From NCBI RefSeq assembly GCF_001194135.2, contig NC_068989.1, positions 81,306,799 to 81,346,241 on the forward strand: 39,443 bases of DNA. Direction: 5' to 3'. Below, piece after piece: positions 22,456-35,237 of this stretch. Within the stretch, counting starts at the first letter, position 1. Each line of letters opens with the position of its first letter. The notes under the pieces were generated by a model. The model did not search any database, was not told the origin of the DNA, and saw only the letters and a list, made by a program, of their open reading frames with translations. This DNA is from Octopus bimaculoides (Eukaryota). The translations under genes were made by a program, and so were the position numbers.

Positions 22456-22963
22456 TAACATTCTTGATTTGGCTTTTTGAAAATAAAAGCCACATTTTGT
22501 CTACTTTATACAAATTGTTAAATAGTTCTGTGTTTACTACCTCTACCTTTTACTATTTATATCAAACAATAAAAATATTTTATTTTAAATTTTTATAAAT
22601 ATTTATTTCCAAGAATAACTAACTGCAAGATGAATCGTGCTAACTTAACTACAATTGGTTATTGTTAACAACAGTTACATGAGGAGGAAGATTTGTCTAA
22701 ACTATACTTTCTAGAATGGAAACTAATTTGTAAGTCCAGTCCTAGCTTGTAAATTATATTTTCTTCTTTTGTGATGCAAAATGATCAAGCATTAAATTAA
22801 TGATATAAATGATATTAATGATATAACCACCTGCTGGTAGTAAGTGGGTGGTGAGAAAACTATATCATCCTAACATTTAAGAAATATTATTTCTTTAAAG
22901 AAAATAAAACAGTTTGTGGATATTTCAATATTTTGCTAATGCTTTTTTTTCCCCTCCTTTAAG

Positions 22964-23228
22964 AGATACAGCGGCTATGACTAAAGAGACTTGTCAGTCC
23001 ACCTCATGGTCCCAGCAGACAAAATGGAAAAGGTGTTGCCCTGGAAGATGGCAAGGGAGACGTGCTGAAACAGTTACTCTGACTCACAGGGCTCACACTT
23101 GAGGATAGCCATCCTTGCCCCAACAGCACTGAGCAGGGACGTAGTCCGGGGGCCAAGAATGCTGAGGTCTATTTCAGTATCAGATATTTGGTTTTCAAAC
23201 TATTTATATTTCATTCTGCACATTTTAA
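22964..23228 (+). other. Candidate spliced exon (non-coding or alternative terminal)
   Basis: Branch-like gctaat, polypyrimidine tract and AG at 22962-22963. It is a GC-rich island in very AT-rich DNA. Donor AA|GTGAGT at 23229, or a weaker AG|GTCTAT at 23167. Confidence 0.4.
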
Positions 23229-23592
23229 GTGAGTTGAATACAACGAGCAAAGGAATGAAACCCTTTGTAGATCAGAAAATATGGCAGTAAAGGAATTATA
23301 TTAGAAGAAAAGACATTGAAGCTATTTAAAAAAAAATTTTCTTTTGCTTTTAAGAGTCCATTAATACCTTCTGTTGTATGTCTTGTTTTTTCATTTTAAT
23401 TTCATATCTTCATAGATAAATAGTGTGAGAGGGAGTGTCAGTTGAGCTGTTAAGAGTTTATATGTCCTGGGTTAGTTCACCAAACAGTAACTCAGTTGTA
23501 CCCAGCTGCTTTCGTATGTGTGCTTACACACACACATAGATTAAAACTGGAGATGTACTCAGCATCAATAATGGATGATAAATATATGTCTA

Positions 23593-23594
<2 letters not shown>

Positions 23595-23623
<29 letters not shown>

Positions 23624-23645
23624 CTGTGTATGTGTGTATATATAT

Positions 23646-23681
<36 letters not shown>

Positions 23682-24690
23682 TGTTTTAACATCCACCTTA
23701 CCATGCCTTCATAGTTAAGTGAAATTTATTGAGGTGGATTTTATACAGATGGGTGCCCTTTCTGTTGCCAACCCTCATCTGTATCCAAGTATGGTAATAT
23801 TTTCATATAACCAGACATGTTTTCATGGAAGATTGGAAACAATGCACACTGACACACTGATGAGTCAGAGGACTGCACCAAGCTTCTACTTGGCATGATT
23901 TTTATGGCTGGATGCCCTTATTTATGGCAACCACTTTATAGAATGTACTGGACACTTTTTATATGGCACCAGCACTAGTGAGGTCACCAAGTAACTTGCA
24001 AGACAAGACCTCCCCCGAGAATGAGTGGGAATATCGTATTGAGGGCAGTGGCATTATACCAAATGTGGGAAGACTAAAGTCTGATAGAGGGATATGAACA
24101 GGTGTGTTGCTGTTGAGAAGATTCATGGCTACCACTGTTGGAAAGAGAGAAGAAATGGTGGTGATGAGGTATCAGGGCATCCCTTAAAAATACACAAGAA
24201 GGTGAATATATATATATATATTTATATTTCATCATCATCATACATCAGCTTTCCATTCTGGCATGGTTAGGATGCTTCAACATGATCCAATGGGTCAGAA
24301 GACCGTGTCTTCCCTCAGTATCCCATTTTTGGCATGGTTTCTATGGCTGGATGCCCTTTCTAACACCAACCACTTTAATACTTTATGCAGAGTGAATTTT
24401 TCATGGCACCAACACAGTAGAGATGATCTTATCATCAGTAAGACTAAAATGCCCTCTCAAATCCTGCCTTATGGCAGTTTGGACGGATTACCAAATGCAT
24501 GAGGTGTACTGGGTGCTTTTTGATGGCACTACCACTGTTGGGGTTGTCTTGTAGCTCACAAAGTGAGAGTGAGTGCTCCATGGTGAATAGGGTCAGATTT
24601 ATTGTGAGAGGATGGGAATGGAGAATGTATAAGAATAATGTTGGGATGATGGGAAAGGAAGCAGAGAGGAAGGGACACTGGTAATGGCAA
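23595..24690 (-). mobile_element. (TG)n/(CAT)n microsatellites and two diverged RTE 3' ends
   Basis: catcatcat...tttaacatccacc and ggctggatgccct motifs at 23650-23990 and 24235-24430, followed by purine-rich UTR remnants. Confidence 0.7.
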
Positions 24691-25025
24691 TGTGTGTGTG
24701 TATGTATGTATGCTATGTATAAGATACATATATAATGTGTGTGTGTGTGTATATATATACTTTTATATGTATATATATATACATATATACATATATATAT
24801 ATATTTGTATATTAATGTTTGCTTTTATGTTCAGGTATAATAAAGACAGTTTTACATTAATCTGATGGGTTACACTGTACTTTTGTAGAGTACAAATTTA
24901 TTCTTATACAAGAATGTTGACAGTGACTTCTAAGTTTCAGCCAGTTAAACCATCGTCAGACAATGGCTAAAACTTCAAAGTCAATACAAACAACATTCTT
25001 GTATATGAATAATAAATATGCGTGT

Positions 25026-25065
<40 letters not shown>

Positions 25066-25249
25066 ATCAGTTAGATCCAGCCAAATTAACATAGAAGCAC
25101 ACTTCTGTCTATTTTTGGCTAAACAAATTATTCCAAAAAAATAGTTCCTGCTAATTTAACTGTTTAAATCAGTAGTCGGAACAGAGCTGGAACATTTTAC
25201 TGGTGCTGGATATCCTGCAAACCCATGTTACATTTTATGTGGTGTAATA

Positions 25250-25585
25250 TATCGTAAACAAAAATAAAGCAAATGAATATTTCTGGGCATCACTACTCAT
25301 CTTTTGATGGCATATTTATTCCAAATACGAGTTCAATTGCATAACATAATAAAGTGACATTATCTTAGTTTGTATTACTACAAACTGCCATTTCTTCATG
25401 TGATATTCCATTGAATATTTAGTGAAATATCATCTGAAGAAATGGCAGTTTGTAATAATACAAACTTACACAATGTTACCTATTTAAGTTAAGCAATTGT
25501 ACTCGTATTTGAAATAAACATGTTATTGAAACATGTGTAGTACATACCCTGAAATAGTCATTCTTTTTATTCTTGTTTACAGTGT
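25250..25585. repeat. About 335-bp imperfect palindrome with an 8-nt loop
   Basis: Ungapped pairing (position sum 50833) from about 25292 to 25541, including 31 of 32 paired at 25367-25398 with 25435-25466. It extends to about 25250/25585 with small indels. Confidence 0.95.
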
Positions 25586-25602
25586 ATATAAACATATATG
25601 AA

Positions 25603-25978
25603 AACATATGTTTAAGACATGCTTAAAACATATTTAGTATTAATTTAGATTATATTAGAGGTCTTCAAGTTTATATTGCATGCTATGTGCCTTGCTGGTG
25701 TTGGCATAGAATAAGCTGTAAAGATTTATAGTTAATAAGCTGTAAAACATATGAGAGATGTTTATGCAATATATTATGTAAGATCATATATTTCATGACA
25801 ACCAAATAGATTATTAGTATATTAAATCCTATGTATATGTTTAACAACTATAAAGGCTGGAATTGTGTTTAAAATATTTCATCAGCTATGACTTTTTAAA
25901 AAGATCCTGGGATTATAATTTCAATGTTGTATAGGAAGACTAAGCCTATTTTAAGCATGTTTTTTTTAAACATATGTT
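25603..25978. mobile_element. Possible old MITE or second foldback
   Basis: Terminal inverted arms aacatatgtttaa-ga-catgcttaaaa (25603-25628) and ttttaagcatg-t8-aaacatatgtt (25949-25978). Confidence 0.5.
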
Positions 25979-28900
25979 CCTTTGCTTTTTTGCTTGGGGT
26001 TTTGTAGTATAGGATTCTACAAAATTTATTATGTAAATATATTTAGCACCTACAGTTGTATATCAATGTATACACATTGTTGTCTATACTGCTGTATGCA
26101 TTTGTATCTGTGTATATAATGTGTAAGTACAAAGAATAATAAAGTGTAAACAAAAATCTCTATAATTTGTTTAACTTCATTTGTAATATTCTGAGATATT
26201 TAGTTTAAGTCTGAGTTCATTATTTATTCTCCTTAATTGTTAATAATTACTGATTTCTTTGTAAAAACAGTTTATATTACAACACCAGTTTTCATATAAT
26301 AATATAACTGATTTTTAAGGATACCTTTTTTTGTTCTTTTTTAAAACTAGGCTTATTAGAAAAAAAGTAAATGGAAAGATTCATTGGAAACACTCAAGTA
26401 CAGAATAATTTACTAGTGAAACCCGTTTGATATAATTGTTTCTAATTTAGGTACAAGGCCAGCAATTTTGAATGGAAGGGTATTATTTAATACCATTGAT
26501 CCCAGTATGTGACTGGTACTAAATTATAGTATATCTTATAGTTTTATGAAAGTTGAAAGTGTTGCATACATTTCATGAAGAATTTGAACTGTTGGTATTA
26601 TTTTAATGCTAAAGTCTGTTCTTTACTTTAGCAAAGTGCTTTATCTATAATTTCATGTTTATTGTTTGTTTATATAGATTTTGTTTATAGCAGTTCAAAA
26701 CCTTTCATGTCCCAGAACTTTGGTTTTGTTCTTTTTACTAGAATACTTAAGCATAAACAGACGGTGGCAGTAGAATTGCTGCTAAACTATTGTAAAGTAA
26801 AAGATTATTAGTGTTATACTTAACTCACATTACCTAGTTTTTAATAAATTATCCCAAATGTCATTGGGTTATATATATGCGTATTTTAATTTTTTCCTTT
26901 CTTGTAGGCTACTGCATTTAGTGGTGATTAGAGCATATATTGTGAAGGGTATCTACTTGGCTGAGGTTTTTTTAAAATTTTTTTAATGATATAACTTTAA
27001 TTTATTTGTACAATTGTTATTTTTTACTATGATCCTATATACGATGGACTAAACAACTTGCTTAAAGTATCAAACTACACAAGATGGACTAATTCAAACC
27101 ATTGGCTTATATTCCCCCCTACAAAGTGGAATCAAGGTTTTTTTTCCATTCCAGTTTTGAGGTTTTGTAAATCATATATTGGAAGATAATTTGGTAAAGA
27201 TGGACCAGTCTGGAGGGCAGCTGTAAGAAAGCCTAAAAGTGATTTTCAGTGAGTTAATGCAATAAAAGTAGAATTGTTATTGGAAGCTTGTCTGACTTCT
27301 CATGAATGACTGTTATTTTTTCATTAAAAGGGAGAGGCTGAAGATTATTTTAAGACGAAAACTCTTCTGGGTATCATTCATGATGACACCATAAAAAAAA
27401 GTGAAATTGAGAATAAAGCATTAAATGAGAAACACTAAGCAAGGCCTCTAATTTACATAAACCTTTACGGAAAGTCAGTTAAGAAGAAAGATCAATGGTT
27501 TTATATTTGATACAAGACATTTAAAGCCTCCTAAAGCAGAGCCAGGATTCTATCTTAGAAATGGAATTTATCTCAAGATGTAATAAACATTTTTGTTAAA
27601 TGTTTACTCTCCAATCTTTCCAGTCAGAACTTTTATGATTGGCTCTGTTGTTTCTTTAATAATCAGAAAACAAAAATGTCTAGGTTTCTTTCAAGGAATT
27701 GGCAATTGCTTCTGTTATACAAATAGCCAGAATTTTCATGATAGCATATTTATTTTTTTTCCTCGAGTGTTTGGACTTTAGCAGAAATGCCATCATTCAA
27801 AATATGTGATGGAACGTTTGACATTAAGAAATGGTTATCAGATTATAAAATATCCCCAAAGTGAACAAAATGCAATACAATGCTATGAAACTTTAGAGAC
27901 TTTTAATACTACTATTATGGCCATTTTAAATGATGTTTTATTTTTATGTCATTTTAAAAAAAATTTTCATAAGGCAAATTTATTAATAGAATTTTATTAA
28001 TAAAATAAGGTAAGTCACTATTAGCTTGTATATGTTATAGATATATTTTAACTAATGTATGCCATTATCCTTCCTGGGAAGGGAAATGTTTAAATGAGGT
28101 TCTGTTTTTGTTTGTATGTGGGCTAGATGTCTTGTAACCAGTGTAATATGTTAATCCCAGTGTAATGTAATCACACACATACACAATAAAAAAAGTTTTA
28201 AAAAAAAAATGTTGCAACTCCCAAAAATAGAAGAATCTTGTGTGTTGATGGAAAGGTAACAGTACATCTAATACTGTACAGAAGCAGTTTTAGAGCCTTC
28301 TCAAAGACAATGAGCTACAGCATGAACTATGGGAGCAGAGGAAAAGAAATTCTTAAGAGTTAATTTTTAAGAGTTTATTTTTAGTAAAAAATATAAAATA
28401 AAAAAAAAGTCAATTAAATATCACTTTCTTATTTGAGCAGAATGAATGTATTTGCTTAGAATGGATATGTTTCATAACTTTGCTCCACTTTAGAGATTTT
28501 AGTTTTGTAGAGAATTACTTTTCTTTTCTTATTATCAAGGTAAACTGAAGCCTTTAAAATGTGTTATTTGCTTTTTTGTATCATAAGTTTTAGTTGAATG
28601 GCTATCTTGAAAATTGAAAGGATATACTCCTGGAAAGTTGTTTTTTTTCTTTTCTTTTTTTTTACTATTTTTTTTTTTTAATGTAATGAAAAGATGGCAA
28701 CTGGTTAATATTTGCTTTTTGGTAACCAGCTTGAAGGCAGGAAGGCTAAATCCTCAAATGTTTCTATATTATTCACATTGTCTGCAATGCATTGCTGCTA
28801 TAAATAAGCTCTTTCTATTTTTTCCACTGATTAAGAGTTTTTTCGAATTCTGCTTTTAAGTTCTTTATTCAAACGGATGTCCAAGCAATTAAATTCCCGT

Positions 28901-31900
28901 AATTGACCCATATATATAATACACANNNNNNNNNNNNNNNNNNNNNNNNNNNNNNNNNNNNNNNNNNNNNNNNNNNNNNNNNNNNNNNNNNNNNNNNNNN
29001 NNNNNNNNNNNNNNNNNNNNNNNNNNNNNNNNNNNNNNNNNNNNNNNNNNNNNNNNNNNNNNNNNNNNNNNNNNNNNNNNNNNNNNNNNNNNNNNNNNNN
29101 NNNNNNNNNNNNNNNNNNNNNNNNNNNNNNNNNNNNNNNNNNNNNNNNNNNNNNNNNNNNNNNNNNNNNNNNNNNNNNNNNNNNNNNNNNNNNNNNNNNN
29201 NNNNNNNNNNNNNNNNNNNNNNNNNNNNNNNNNNNNNNNNNNNNNNNNNNNNNNNNNNNNNNNNNNNNNNNNNNNNNNNNNNNNNNNNNNNNNNNNNNNN
29301 NNNNNNNNNNNNNNNNNNNNNNNNNNNNNNNNNNNNNNNNNNNNNNNNNNNNNNNNNNNNNNNNNNNNNNNNNNNNNNNNNNNNNNNNNNNNNNNNNNNN
29401 NNNNNNNNNNNNNNNNNNNNNNNNNNNNNNNNNNNNNNNNNNNNNNNNNNNNNNNNNNNNNNNNNNNNNNNNNNNNNNNNNNNNNNNNNNNNNNNNNNNN
29501 NNNNNNNNNNNNNNNNNNNNNNNNNNNNNNNNNNNNNNNNNNNNNNNNNNNNNNNNNNNNNNNNNNNNNNNNNNNNNNNNNNNNNNNNNNNNNNNNNNNN
29601 NNNNNNNNNNNNNNNNNNNNNNNNNNNNNNNNNNNNNNNNNNNNNNNNNNNNNNNNNNNNNNNNNNNNNNNNNNNNNNNNNNNNNNNNNNNNNNNNNNNN
29701 NNNNNNNNNNNNNNNNNNNNNNNNNNNNNNNNNNNNNNNNNNNNNNNNNNNNNNNNNNNNNNNNNNNNNNNNATATATATATATATATACATGCTTACAC
29801 CCACTCACACACACCCACATATGTATGTTATATATTCTTTTTTTTTGTATTAAAATCCTTTTATTTCAATGACATAAAATATGTGGAAGAAACCATCTTA
29901 AATATGATTTTTGTCTTATGCTATTTCGTAAACATTTTGTTAATTAAATTGTTACATTTAAATACATTTTTTTTTTCATGTATATGTGTTTTCCCCTTCG
30001 TTACATTTTAAACACACATGTATATGTATGAAAGATGCCTGCGTGTGTGTGTGTATGTAAGTATGTTTTTTATATAATGTCTCTTTATGTCTTTATTCCC
30101 CACCCACATATTTGCTGCAATGTTTTAAAATTAATTTTGGAAATTTCCTCTGTGTATTTTAAACCCTGAAAAGGACTACAGCTGGTCATAGGGCATAAAT
30201 AAGGTGCATACAATGTGGTACGGAAGGAAAATAGTATGCAATCTGAAAAAAAAACATGCGAAGATGGAAAGTATTCTTTTAAAAAGACAATTCCTAGATA
30301 GTTCCTTCCTATTGCCCCTATCTCAGTTTGAACCAATTCCTTAGGCAAGATTTCCATTCTGTATTTCTTTCTCTGCTAATATACTTTATTGTTGTCTGTC
30401 TGGATCTTGCTTTGAAGAGTTAATAAATTTAAATATCATGAAACAGTTCTATCTTGTGGCAATCTTCTTTGCTCCTTTTTATTACAGAAAATGTTTTCCT
30501 TTTTTTTGTTTTCAATTTATTTCATGTTAACTTATTAAATGTAGTTTATTTGAAACATAATTCATGTATATTTTCTAGCTTGTGCAAAGTGTGGGAGTGA
30601 ATGTACTGGTGTATGTGTTGTGTATATGCATAGGAATCTTTGTTGTAGAACTAAATTATTTATTTCAGGTTATTTGAAACTATGTTTCAGTTGTAACTTA
30701 AATTAATTAGTTAGTCTGCATTGAGTAAAGAAAGGAAAAAAGTAAGTACCAATTTGTTTTTGAGACACATCTATTTTTCATAGCTGTTCTTTGAAAAACT
30801 GTTGGACACTAAATTCTGTCCAAGGATATATAATTAACTATCAATATCTTCTCTTAGTAAAGCCAGTTTCTAAAACTTATATCTGTCCTTGCTATGAAAC
30901 TTTCAAACAAATATAATTAAAAGATAAAAACAACAAAATAGTTGATTATACAATATTTTTCAATAGTCAATATATATTGCATTTGTTTTGAAATAATTAT
31001 TTTAAAGAATCAAAATATTTTAAAGTAAAGCATGGGAAACAAATATAAAATGGATGACAGAAAACTTTGTAAGTAACTGCTTGTTACCATTTAATTTTGA
31101 GAAAGTATTCTGTTTTCACTTGTGAAATATTTTGATACTTTATCTACATTGACACTATACACTATGTGAACAATGAATATAAAATGAGTATCAAAACAGA
31201 AAATACTTTCCTCTCTTAAATTTATATTATAAAAGAGAAGCTGATCTCCATCTGTCCATCTGTAACAATATCTATGTAGAGAAGGGGAAGAGAAAAAGTT
31301 GTTGAGAGTAAAATACAGTGAGAGAGAGAGTGTGAAAGATAGATAAAATAGGTAGTATTGTCACCTTAGTAATTAACAAATTTTGTTTAAAGACACAGGA
31401 ATTTTAAGTGCAAGTCTGTCAACACAATGCAACAGACTTTGAAAAAAGACTATATATATATATAATATAGTTATTTTTTGTTTGTGTGTGGGGGGAGAGA
31501 GAGGTTCTGTATGTCTTTCAACATATAGACAATGCAACACAGACTTAAAAAAAATATGACTTTTACTTTGACCAATTTATGAAAGTATGTGTATGATCAA
31601 TAAATATTTTTACCAGCAGTATAACAATGGGTAACAACTTAGTTGCTATAATCCTTGAATTGTTCATATATTGTATAAATTCCTCTTCATTAACAAAAAA
31701 GGACAATTATTAAGGATGAAGTTGTATTTTAATAGGCTTTGTTAATTGTGTCTAATTTGATTCTTTGTACATCATATCAATACCATTAGATTTTTAGCTG
31801 GTCCCTAACATATCAGTTACCTTCCACAAGCTTGAAGTTTCAGTTGACTATGAAAGGGTTTTAAAATCGATATAATTTCACGAAAACTTTATCTTCAAAT

Positions 31901-32589
31901 AATAAAATTAGGATATGTTGTAATATACGCATTGGGCTATCTGGAAATTTAAAACTTTACAAACAATTCATTCTGGCCAGCTATTTTGGAGGATGTAGTT
32001 AGAAGATTTCTCTAAAAGTTGGGTAGGTGTAAGATTATAAAATCTTACTCCATAGTGATTCACTGTATTTTCTGCAAACTTAATGTGGGTATCAATTCAA
32101 AGTCAGGCACTAAAAGCTCCCAACCAAATGTGGTGCCATAATTAATTAAGTATAAAAAACCGTGAGGTGAAGTTGGGAAGCTGTGAATAAAGAAAGCATG
32201 ATGAGGTCAGTTCAGGTGCATGGTTCATAAACTGTTTTTAATGCTTGAAGATAAAGGTTAATTACTAAATATATCAAGGAGTAAAATCTCCACATTTTTG
32301 AGATTGTTATTGAGCTAATCATACTGAAGTTCGTCATTTGGATATTTGACCTATTGGATGTAAGTGTTTGGTCTTACCAGTAGTGTTAAATTCCTTTTAT
32401 TTATTTTTTTTTTACTGTGAGTTGAGGTTAGAGTAATCTATGAAACTTAATTAGTAACAATATTTAGTGCAACAATTTGCCTCCGGCATTACTAACACAC
32501 TTGAAACCATTCTTAGTAAGATACCTCTCTCTACTCCACCCCTCTCTCTCTCTACTCTCCCCCTCTCTCTCTCTCTCTGTACCTTTCCT

Positions 32590-32768
32590 TTGGACACAAA
32601 ATCCCTGCTTGCGAAGACCTGTTGAGGCAAGTGAAATCGAAATAAAAAATTGAGCCAAATTCATTGACTGGCTACCATGCCAACCTTACTTCATTGGACA
32701 CTAAACTCAGCTTGCGAAGACCTGTTGGGGCAAGTGAGATCGAAACTGAACCAAATTCGATGACTGGC
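32590..32768 (+). mobile_element. 5' modules of the RTE-tail repeat (two tandem units), running into a gap
   Basis: cttgcgaagacctgttg.ggcaagtga.atcgaa...ccaaattc..tgactggc occurs twice and matches 15950-16100 in reverse. Confidence 0.8.
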
Positions 32769-33444
32769 NNNNNNNNNNNNNNNNNNNNNNNNNNNNNNNN
32801 NNNNNNNNNNNNNNNNNNNNNNNNNNNNNNNNNNNNNNNNNNNNNNNNNNNNNNNNNNNNNNNNNNNNNNNNNNNNNNNNNNNNNNNNNNNNNNNNNNNN
32901 NNNNNNNNNNNNNNNNNNNNNNNNNNNNNNNNNNNNNNNNNNNNNNNNNNNNNNNNNNNNNNNNNNNNNNNNNNNNNNNNNNNNNNNNNNNNNNNNNNNN
33001 NNNNNNNNNNNNNNNNNNNNNNNNNNNNNNNNNNNNNNNNNNNNNNNNNNNNNNNNNNNNNNNNNNNNNNNNNNNNNNNNNNNNNNNNNNNNNNNNNNNN
33101 NNNNNNNNNNNNNNNNNNNNNNNNNNNNNNNNNNNNNNNNNNNNNNNNNNNNNNNNNNNNNNNNNNNNNNNNNNNNNNNNNNNNNNNNNNNNNNNNNNNN
33201 NNNNNNNNNNNNNNNNNNNNNNNNNNNNNNNNNNNNNNNNNNNNNNNNNNNNNNNNNNNNNNNNNNNNNNNNNNNNNNNNNNNNNNNNNNNNNNNNNNNN
33301 NNNNNNNNNNNNNNNNNNNNNNNNNNNNNNNNNNNNNNNNNNNNNNNNNNNNNNNNNNNNNNNNNNNNNNNNNNNNNNNNNNNNNNNNNNNNNNNNNNNN
33401 NNNNNNNNNNNNNNNNNNNNNNNNNNNNNNNNNNNNNNNNNNNN

Positions 33445-33509
<65 letters not shown>

Positions 33510-33525
33510 GACACACACACACACA
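33445..33525. repeat. (CA)n microsatellite at a gap edge
   Basis: Seen directly. Confidence 0.95.
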
Positions 33526-33577
33526 TATAAAATAGTTTTATGTATATAAACTTTTACATACACATATTTCACATATA

Positions 33578-34030
33578 TCATCATCATCATTTAATATTTG
33601 TTCTCCATGCTGACATGGGTTGGATGGTTTGACAAGAGCTGGTCTGCTGGAGAGCTACCCGGCTCCATTTGTCAGTTTCGGTATGGGTTCTATGGTTGGA
33701 TGCCCTTCCTAATGCCAACCCCTTTACAGAATGTACTGGGTGCTTTTAATGTGGTACTGGCATGGGTGCTTTTACATGGGCCCAGCACCTGCAAGCCCAC
33801 AAGAGTAAGATCTCACAACTGAGAGAGGGACATAGCGGACATGACTGTGTGTATGGATGTTCATAATTTTACTTAACTTGTTGTGTCTTCTCAAGCACAG
33901 CTAACCACCAGAAGTCTCTGTCCGTTGTCATGGCCTCTATGAAGGCCCAGCATTCGAAGATCCTTTCTCACTACATCATCTCGCGTCCTCCTGGGTCTAT
34001 CCATTCCACATGTTCCTTTCACAATTAGAA
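33578..34030 (-). mobile_element. RTE 3' end fragment
   Basis: (CAT)n, ccatgctgacatgggttggatgg, ggatgcccttcctaatgccaac, and the ORF end region (...gggtctatccattcc). Confidence 0.8.
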
Positions 34031-34084
34031 AGAATATATTTATATTATATATATGTCTATATATACATATACCTTTTTACTTCT

Positions 34085-34457
34085 TTTATTTGTTTCAGTC
34101 ATTTGACTGTGGCCATGCTAGAGCACTGCCTTTAGTCGAACAAATCGACTCCAGGACTTATTCTTTGTAAGCCTAGTACTTATTCTATCAGTCTCTGGCA
34201 GAACCACTAAGTTATGGGGGTGTAAACACACCAACATTGGTTGTCAAGTGATGGTGGGTTGACAAACAGACACACACACACATATATATATACATTGGGC
34301 TTCTATCAGTTTCCATCTACCAAATCCACTCACAAGGCTTTGGTCAGCCCAAGGCTATAGTAGAAAACACTTGCCTGAGGTGCCATGCAGTGGGACTGAA
34401 CCCAGAACCATGTAGTTGGTAAGCAAGCTATTTACCACACAGCCACTCCTGCACCTG
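34085..34457. mobile_element. SINE C (+, 34085-34275) and SINE B (-, 34300-34457)
   Basis: Homologous to the copies at 5095 and 1848. Confidence 0.85.
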
Positions 34458-34489
34458 TGTATATATATATATATGTATATATGTGAGGT

Positions 34490-35237
34490 TTCTCGGGCAA
34501 GATGAGCGTGGCCATTGCCAGTACCGCCTGACTGGCCTTCGTGCAGGTGACATGTAAAAGCACCCACTACACTCTCTGAGTGGTTGGCGTTAGGAAGGGC
34601 ATCCAGCTGTAGAAACTCTGCCAAATTAGATTGGAGCCTGGTGTTGCCATCCGGTTTCACCAGTCCTCAGTCAAATCATCCAACCCATGCTAGCATGGAA
34701 GGTGGATGTTAAACGATGATGATGTNNNNNNNNNNNNNNNNNNNNNNNNNNNNNNNNNNNNNNNNNNNNNNNNNNNNNNNNNNNNNNNNNNNNNNNNNNN
34801 NNNNNNNNNNNNNNNNNNNNNNNNNNNNNNNNNNNNNNNNNNNNNNNNNNNNNNNNNNNNNNNNNNNNNNNNNNNNNNNNNNNNNNNNNNNNNNNNNNNN
34901 NNNNNNNNNNNNNNNNNNNNNNNNNNNNAATGGCCTTCGTAGGGTTTTCGAGCGAGATCATTGCCAGTGCCCCTGGACTGGCTTTTGTGCGGGTGGCACA
35001 TAAAAGACACCATTTCAAGCGTGGCCGTTGCCAGTACCGCCTGACTGGCCTTCGTGCGGGTGACACGTAAAAGCACCCACTACACTCTCTGAGTGGTTGG
35101 CGTTAGGAAGGGCATCCAGCTGTAGAAACTCTGCCAAATTAGATTGGAGCCTGGTGTTGCCATCCGGTTTCACCAGTCCTCAGTCAAATCATCCAACCCA
35201 TGCTAGCATGGAAGGTGGATGTTAAACGATGATGATG
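34490..35237 (+). mobile_element. RTE-tail repeat present twice, once on each side of a gap
   Basis: 34510-34725 and 35022-35237 are nearly identical and share diagnostic variants. Confidence 0.9.

Noticed and set aside
22966-23300. Frame interrupted only by TGA codons (22978, 23080, 23230) suggesting a selenoprotein
   Set aside because: There is no Cys/Sec redox motif, no selenoprotein similarity and no SECIS seen. TGA-only stops are plausible by chance in a GC-rich patch.
23850-23880. CTGATGA-GTC-AGAG-GAC as a third hammerhead
   Set aside because: No GAAA follows the stem, and stems I and III are absent.
30085-30357. 90-aa minus-strand ORF
   Set aside because: It has no recognisable motif or splice context and cannot be distinguished from chance.
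28831-33590. Long ORFs of 270-330 aa in the track (also 12403, 20395 and 34671)
   Set aside because: They consist of N-gap X residues and microsatellite translations.
34490-35237. Tandem duplication of a repeat around a gap
   Set aside because: Near-identical copies end at the same base on both sides of an N-run. This is most likely an unmerged haplotype overlap (assembly artefact).
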